Source of the DNA: Armatimonadota bacterium
Lineage (GTDB): Bacteria; Armatimonadota; UBA5829; DTLH01
Assembly: GCA_039679675.1 (NCBI GenBank)
Contig: JBDKUN010000033.1
Location: 212,279-276,278 of the forward strand
DNA length: 64,000 nt
Reading direction: 5' to 3'
This document shows, in pieces, positions 59,975 to 64,000 of the stretch; the stretch's first letter is position 1, and every line of letters starts with the position of its first letter. Made by a program: the position numbers and the translations under genes. The notes beneath the pieces were generated by a model, which did no database searches, was not told the DNA's origin, and worked only from the letters and a program-made list of their open reading frames with translations.

Positions 59975-60164
59975 ACAATAGCCTACCCTATATCTGAGTA
60001 TTATTGCTATAAACAATAGCCTATTACGTACAATAGCCTAACAATACTAGGCTATTGTAGAATTCTAGTATTCACAATAGATATTACTGCTACTACTAAG
60101 TAATAACTTGTACAATAGCCTAGATTAACCCTGACCAGGTTAGGCTAATGTACTAGGCTATTGT
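59975..60164. repeat. Iteron/operator-like cluster of ACAATAGCCTA
   Basis: Direct copies at 59975, 60013, 60030 and 60112; inverted copies at 60048, 60141 (1 mismatch) and 60154; AT-rich, non-coding. Confidence 0.85.
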
Positions 60165-60370
60165 GCAATGGCTTCAGACTTCTTACAACAGGCTACCAAG
60201 TGTTTTTTGTTTCGTGACACAGGTATTGACCTATCTCACGATTCCCATGGCCTATTTGCTAAATCTTGGACTTAATCCCCAAGGCTGATCTGTGCCCTAA
60301 CCTGTGGGCAACAGTCGTTGATTGCGTGATTGGAGAGTATCTGACGTGAAGCACATCCGGTGGTAGATCA

Positions 60371-60500
60371 CCCGACAGAAAGACCCAAGCTATCTCATCA
60401 TTTGTACGTAGCAATTCGGCGTATGTATATGACGTGCCAAATCACAGGAGACGACGTAAAACCTATAGCTATCTTATGAGTTTTTACGAAAGAAGGCCTT
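60371..60500. repeat. Paired-box repeat unit 3
   Basis: agctatctcatcattt (60388) and agctatcttatgagttttt (60467). Confidence 0.8.
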
Positions 60501-61064
60501 TCAGCTGATATGCTGACCGTCTATCAGGTTGATCTGTTTGTCGGCAGAAAGATTGATCTGAAGGGTAGGCAGTTCGAGTCGCTTCACCTGGGCAAGGGTC
60601 CGGATCGCAGACATATAGCGACGGTGTGCGCGTTCCTGAGATCGCTGATAGAACTCTTGTTGTCTGTTGCTGAGATTAACCATCTGCTGGGCGTATACTG
60701 TATCAAGATGGTGCACCTGTAACCAGCAGATTGCCACTCTTTCAACAAGGAGCCTGACCAGAGGCGAGGCATCATCACCAATGATGCCTTCACGCATAGC
60801 CTTAAGCTTTTTACGGGTGGCTTCCTCTGCCAGAATATCACCACCATATATCGTTCTGATGAGTGATCGTTCCGTAATCTTGGCCAGGTTACCATAATCC
60901 TCCATGATGGCCGGTGTGCAGTCAATTGCCTGACGCAGTTCTGGAAGTGCTGATGTCTGACCACCTTCGATACGCTTAACAAGCGCCCGAATAGTTCTGA
61001 TGTCATTCTGTGTGTTAGCTGGAAGTGCTTTTCTCAGTTCTTCTTTCACCGTCTTTTCCTCCAT
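60501..61064 (-). CDS. Hypothetical helical protein of mobile element
   Basis: 187-aa ORF, overlaps upstream gene; duplicated locally. Confidence 0.8.
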   Translation of the reverse strand: MEEKTVKEELRKALPANTQNDIRTIRALVKRIEGGQTSALPELRQAIDCTPAIMEDYGNLAKITERSLIRTIYGGDILAEEATRKKLKAMREGIIGDDASPLVRLLVERVAICWLQVHHLDTVYAQQMVNLSNRQQEFYQRSQERAHRRYMSAIRTLAQVKRLELPTLQINLSADKQINLIDGQHIS

Positions 61065-61351
61065 TCGCTTCGATTATGTCTGTGATAGCCAGCTTGCAGC
61101 AACTGGGCTCTTGTGATGGTTTCGACTGCATCATAGAGGTCTATCACCATGCCTTCACTGGACTTCAACAATGCAAGCGATTCGGTTTCCTCTTGCTGCT
61201 TGGCATCCCGTTCAAGCCTCATTTCCACATCAGCTTGTGCTGCTTGTTCACCGAGCAGTCCTTTTCCGACGTATTGGCGTATGACCTGCCTGCCGCGCCT
61301 GATGGATCTCGTGTAGTAAGGGCCACATCCGTTTCTTAATTCCCAAGCCAT
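61046..61351 (-). CDS. Small basic mobile-element protein (GPYY.RS.RRG..V..YVGKG)
   Basis: GGAGG RBS; beta-hairpin YY-R..R-G-YVG motif common in plasmid/satellite genes. Confidence 0.75.
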   Translation of the reverse strand: MAWELRNGCGPYYTRSIRRGRQVIRQYVGKGLLGEQAAQADVEMRLERDAKQQEETESLALLKSSEGMVIDLYDAVETITRAQLLQAGYHRHNRSEWRKRR

Positions 61352-61491
61352 TTGTGTTACAGTCCTCCAGCTTGCTCCATTGTCATCATAGCAGAAGCCC
61401 GATCATCGTACAAGTAGCCACCCTCATTGTTGTGAAAGGTGGCTGCTCCTTGATTTCATCTCACGCTTTAGAAGCTGCATGAGCTATATTT

Positions 61492-62228
61492 CTATGGACT
61501 GCTGTTGACTTTGTTCTTATCGCGTGAATCGACCACAACACGAAGCCCATAGTCTCTGTAGATCGACTCTAAATGGCATGAGATATCGCCTATAGCGATA
61601 AGGCCAAATCTCTTGAGCAGATGTTCTACAAACTCGATTCCAACATCCAGTTCCTCTGAAGGAAGCTGAAGAACGGGAAAATCTTCCTTGCTTACTTCCG
61701 ACCAGACTTCCTTAAGGAATGGATCACTGGTGAGTTCATCAACTACACTTTGGGTATCGACCAACTGATAACGACAGGTGATTTCGCGTAGTATGCCGGC
61801 ATGTCGCCAGCTACTTTGGGTCTCCTCACTTTCTATGACAGCGTGACCGTCGAGAGGTAAACTAACCTTCTCGATTTCGGTCTGCCACCCTAGGTGTTGC
61901 TGAACATAACTTTTGAGCTTAGATGCTTCATCTTCGGAGAAACATTGAGCTACCTCTGCTCCAGATGATATCGATCTTCCTTATCGACTTCGTAGATGCT
62001 TTTTACCAGTTGATCGTATCGTGCAACCGGTCGCTCTCTCCAGCCTCTGCGCCAGTGGAGTCTGACATCCTGGCTGCCATTGTAATCATCTGCAGTAGGC
62101 GTAAGTCGGAATAACCTTGGCTGATTCTGAACTACAACCGCGCCGTTATCCGACATAGTATTTTGGGAGCAATCATTAAAACCCTTGCTCTTGGTATCTG
62201 GAGTCCCGAAGGACTTATCTTTGGTCAT
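61492..62228 (-). pseudogene. Frameshifted paralogue of 63185-63892
   Basis: ORF 62228-61950 ends ...LEQR*; another frame stays open as VAQCFSEDEASKLKSY...EKVSLPL into ORF 61764-61492; the join aligns with VDELFTQDEAEEF...KEVELPI of the paralogue. Confidence 0.7.
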
Positions 62229-62366
62229 TGAGACCCTCCTGTATTAACCCACATTCGCGGGTGTGATATCGGCCTTATAGATGGCCGATTCCGAAAAAAA
62301 TCGTTAAAGGCTTAGGATTTGTTTCTGTTACACTTTCCTATGCTTATGTTAGCTCTCATCAGGTGC

Positions 62367-63029
62367 CTACTCGTTCTCGAATGGGTCATAGTCAGGTTCG
62401 GCATCGTCCAAGTAAGGGCCTTCCTCGCATTCCTGGAGGATAGTCGCAAAACTATAAGTCGTAGTTCCGAATTGCCTGCCAGGCATAGGCTTAGCATTTC
62501 CTATCTCAACCCCAACAGCAGCTAACTCCTTGATTCCTTGCTTGATCGCGTATCCATTCTTTCGCACTGAGCCATCGGGCTGATCTATTCCGAATATGCC
62601 TGGAACAATTTCTGCGATCGAACTATATGCGACGCCAAATGGCTCAGTTATGTCTATCACATATTGAGAGGCGTGCTCCAAAATAGCGATCCCTAGTGCT
62701 AGACCTTTACTACCAGTGCGAAGCAGCTTCAAAAGGGCATTTCCAACTCTTTGACAGATGAGTTTCCTACGAAGATCGGTTAAGCTGCCTCCATGTAAAT
62801 CCCTGCCATTGCGTCTGCATATGCGACTGTCCCGGCATCTATCTTTACACCACCATCGCCATCTCTGGTCATCTTCATCGAGGTAAACGGAGAATCGTCC
62901 TCCACAGAATGGGCAGATGCCATAGTATTGTGCTAATTGTTCTCGCTCAAGATTTGGAACCAAACGATTATATGCAAAGAGTTGCTGACCGGATGGTCCC
63001 TCATCAAGGGATATCTTCTTATTATTCAT
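62367..63029 (-). CDS. Zn-finger protein (primase CHC2-like CPFC...C..C) with possible C-terminal wHTH
   Basis: CPFCGGRFSVY...WRWWCKDRC; later helical region ending GRQFGTTTY. Confidence 0.55.
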   Translation of the reverse strand: MNNKKISLDEGPSGQQLFAYNRLVPNLEREQLAQYYGICPFCGGRFSVYLDEDDQRWRWWCKDRCRDSRICRRNGRDLHGGSLTDLRRKLICQRVGNALLKLLRTGSKGLALGIAILEHASQYVIDITEPFGVAYSSIAEIVPGIFGIDQPDGSVRKNGYAIKQGIKELAAVGVEIGNAKPMPGRQFGTTTYSFATILQECEEGPYLDDAEPDYDPFENE

Positions 63030-63184
63030 CTCGACTGACTCTTCACGGTTCTATTGCGGCATAAGAGAATTGTTGCCGCCGCAGCCACATCCAGGCCATT
63101 GGAACCGAGTTACCGTAAAGCCATGATTTGGGGGCAGTGTTTATGCATTGCACTGCCCCATTCTGAGGAAGTAAGAACAAATAA

Positions 63185-63892
63185 CTACTTTACAGTAGGA
63201 TCGGGAGTTGAATCTGATTGAAACAAATTGTATCGCTTCTCCTCTTCATCCATGAAGAGCATAGCAGCCTCCCTATCCACGTATTCTCGAAACGGCGACC
63301 AGTCTTCATTTAACTGTGGCGAATTGCCGCGCTGATCGCGATAGCGGCCCATCCACCAATAACGCCATTCAACTAGATCTTGATTGTAGACGTTGTAAGA
63401 ATGGCCTCTGGCAACCGATACAATTAATCCGAGATCCTCAAACACCTCATTGACCGCAAATGCCATATCCTCATCTGTGGGATAATTAAGTTGCAGTTTT
63501 TGAAATATAGCTCGCATGTAATCCACAGCTGCTCCTTCTGAAAAAGCATCTAGGAAGCGTGATTTCGGATTCCCGCAACAGTCCTTAAAGAATCCGGACA
63601 CACTGAATGAGAGCCTGTGCAGGTGTTCGTGGGTTGGCACATGGAACTGACCTTCGTAATCATCCCAATGGGTGTCACTCCAAGGTTGGTGCCTAGAAGC
63701 AATGGGCAATTCTACCTCTTTGATGACTACACGAAAGCCAAAAGCATCTAGCATGAATTGACTAAACTCCTCTGCTTCGTCTTGGGTGAAGAGTTCGTCT
63801 ACTACGCGTTTAACGATTCTCTTGTCTCTATCGTTTAGATGTTCGTAACCTTGAACCAATAATTTGTAAATCGGCATGCAATAATGACCCAT
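63185..63892 (-). CDS. Hypothetical protein
   Basis: 235-aa ORF with a local frameshifted paralogue. Confidence 0.7.
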   Translation of the reverse strand: MGHYCMPIYKLLVQGYEHLNDRDKRIVKRVVDELFTQDEAEEFSQFMLDAFGFRVVIKEVELPIASRHQPWSDTHWDDYEGQFHVPTHEHLHRLSFSVSGFFKDCCGNPKSRFLDAFSEGAAVDYMRAIFQKLQLNYPTDEDMAFAVNEVFEDLGLIVSVARGHSYNVYNQDLVEWRYWWMGRYRDQRGNSPQLNEDWSPFREYVDREAAMLFMDEEEKRYNLFQSDSTPDPTVK

Positions 63893-64000
63893 CTGAGGGC
63901 ATAATCGGCGTCGAAAACTGACTCACCTCAGCTAATCTTCCGATCTCTGTTATAGACGGCAGAGAGAGGAGTAATCTTGTAAGGAGATGCTGATCGTGGA

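Larger units (their letters stand above)
43683..64000. mobile_element. Probable tRNA-integrated island carrying a defence cluster (right end beyond window)
   Basis: Starts at the att-like tRNA 3' remnant; contains defence genes, duplications and plasmid/satellite-like genes; no integrase in window. Confidence 0.6.

Noticed and set aside
57936..60500. CRISPR or TIGR (box C/D) guide array reading of the paired boxes
   Set aside because: Units are ~0.9-1.5 kb apart, ATGATGA occurs in only one copy, and no Cas or Nop-domain gene is visible.
29626..64000. Integrase, transposase or prophage structural genes
   Set aside because: No tyrosine/serine recombinase, DDE, capsid, terminase or tail motifs recognised in the ORF track.

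Overview
Bacterial window in two parts. The left part (1-~29.6 kb) is ordinary metabolism and transport: a fructose-family PTS (IIC, IIB, HPr-EI-IIA) with a GH38 alpha-mannosidase, an RND/TolC efflux operon with MarR, a CarD-like gene, MarR-MFS-aldo/keto reductase, a XylR-type enhancer-binding protein, a TolC-HlyD-2x ABC-permease operon, and GH130-flippase-MgtA. From ~29.6 kb onward it looks like stacked genomic islands, separated by three degenerate direct repeats that read on the minus strand as a tRNA 3' end (GGGGAGCCA, tRNA-Asn-like) plus a hairpin. Module 1 holds an OLD-family ATPase/TOPRIM nuclease, a YjhP-like methyltransferase and a kdp locus with split KdpD and three small leader ORFs. 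Module 2 holds a Cas2/VapD-like gene paired with a 2-TM protein. Module 3 holds a co-directional defence cluster (type III-like Res, a zinc deaminase-HATPase_c_4-wHTH fusion, Mod, Hachiman HamAB, RelE-UvrD), followed by a decaying plasmid/satellite-like region with a triplicated paired-box repeat and an iteron-like cluster. The best candidate for an undescribed system is the deaminase-ATPase fusion embedded in the res-mod operon. All family assignments come from motif recognition by eye; no database search was run.
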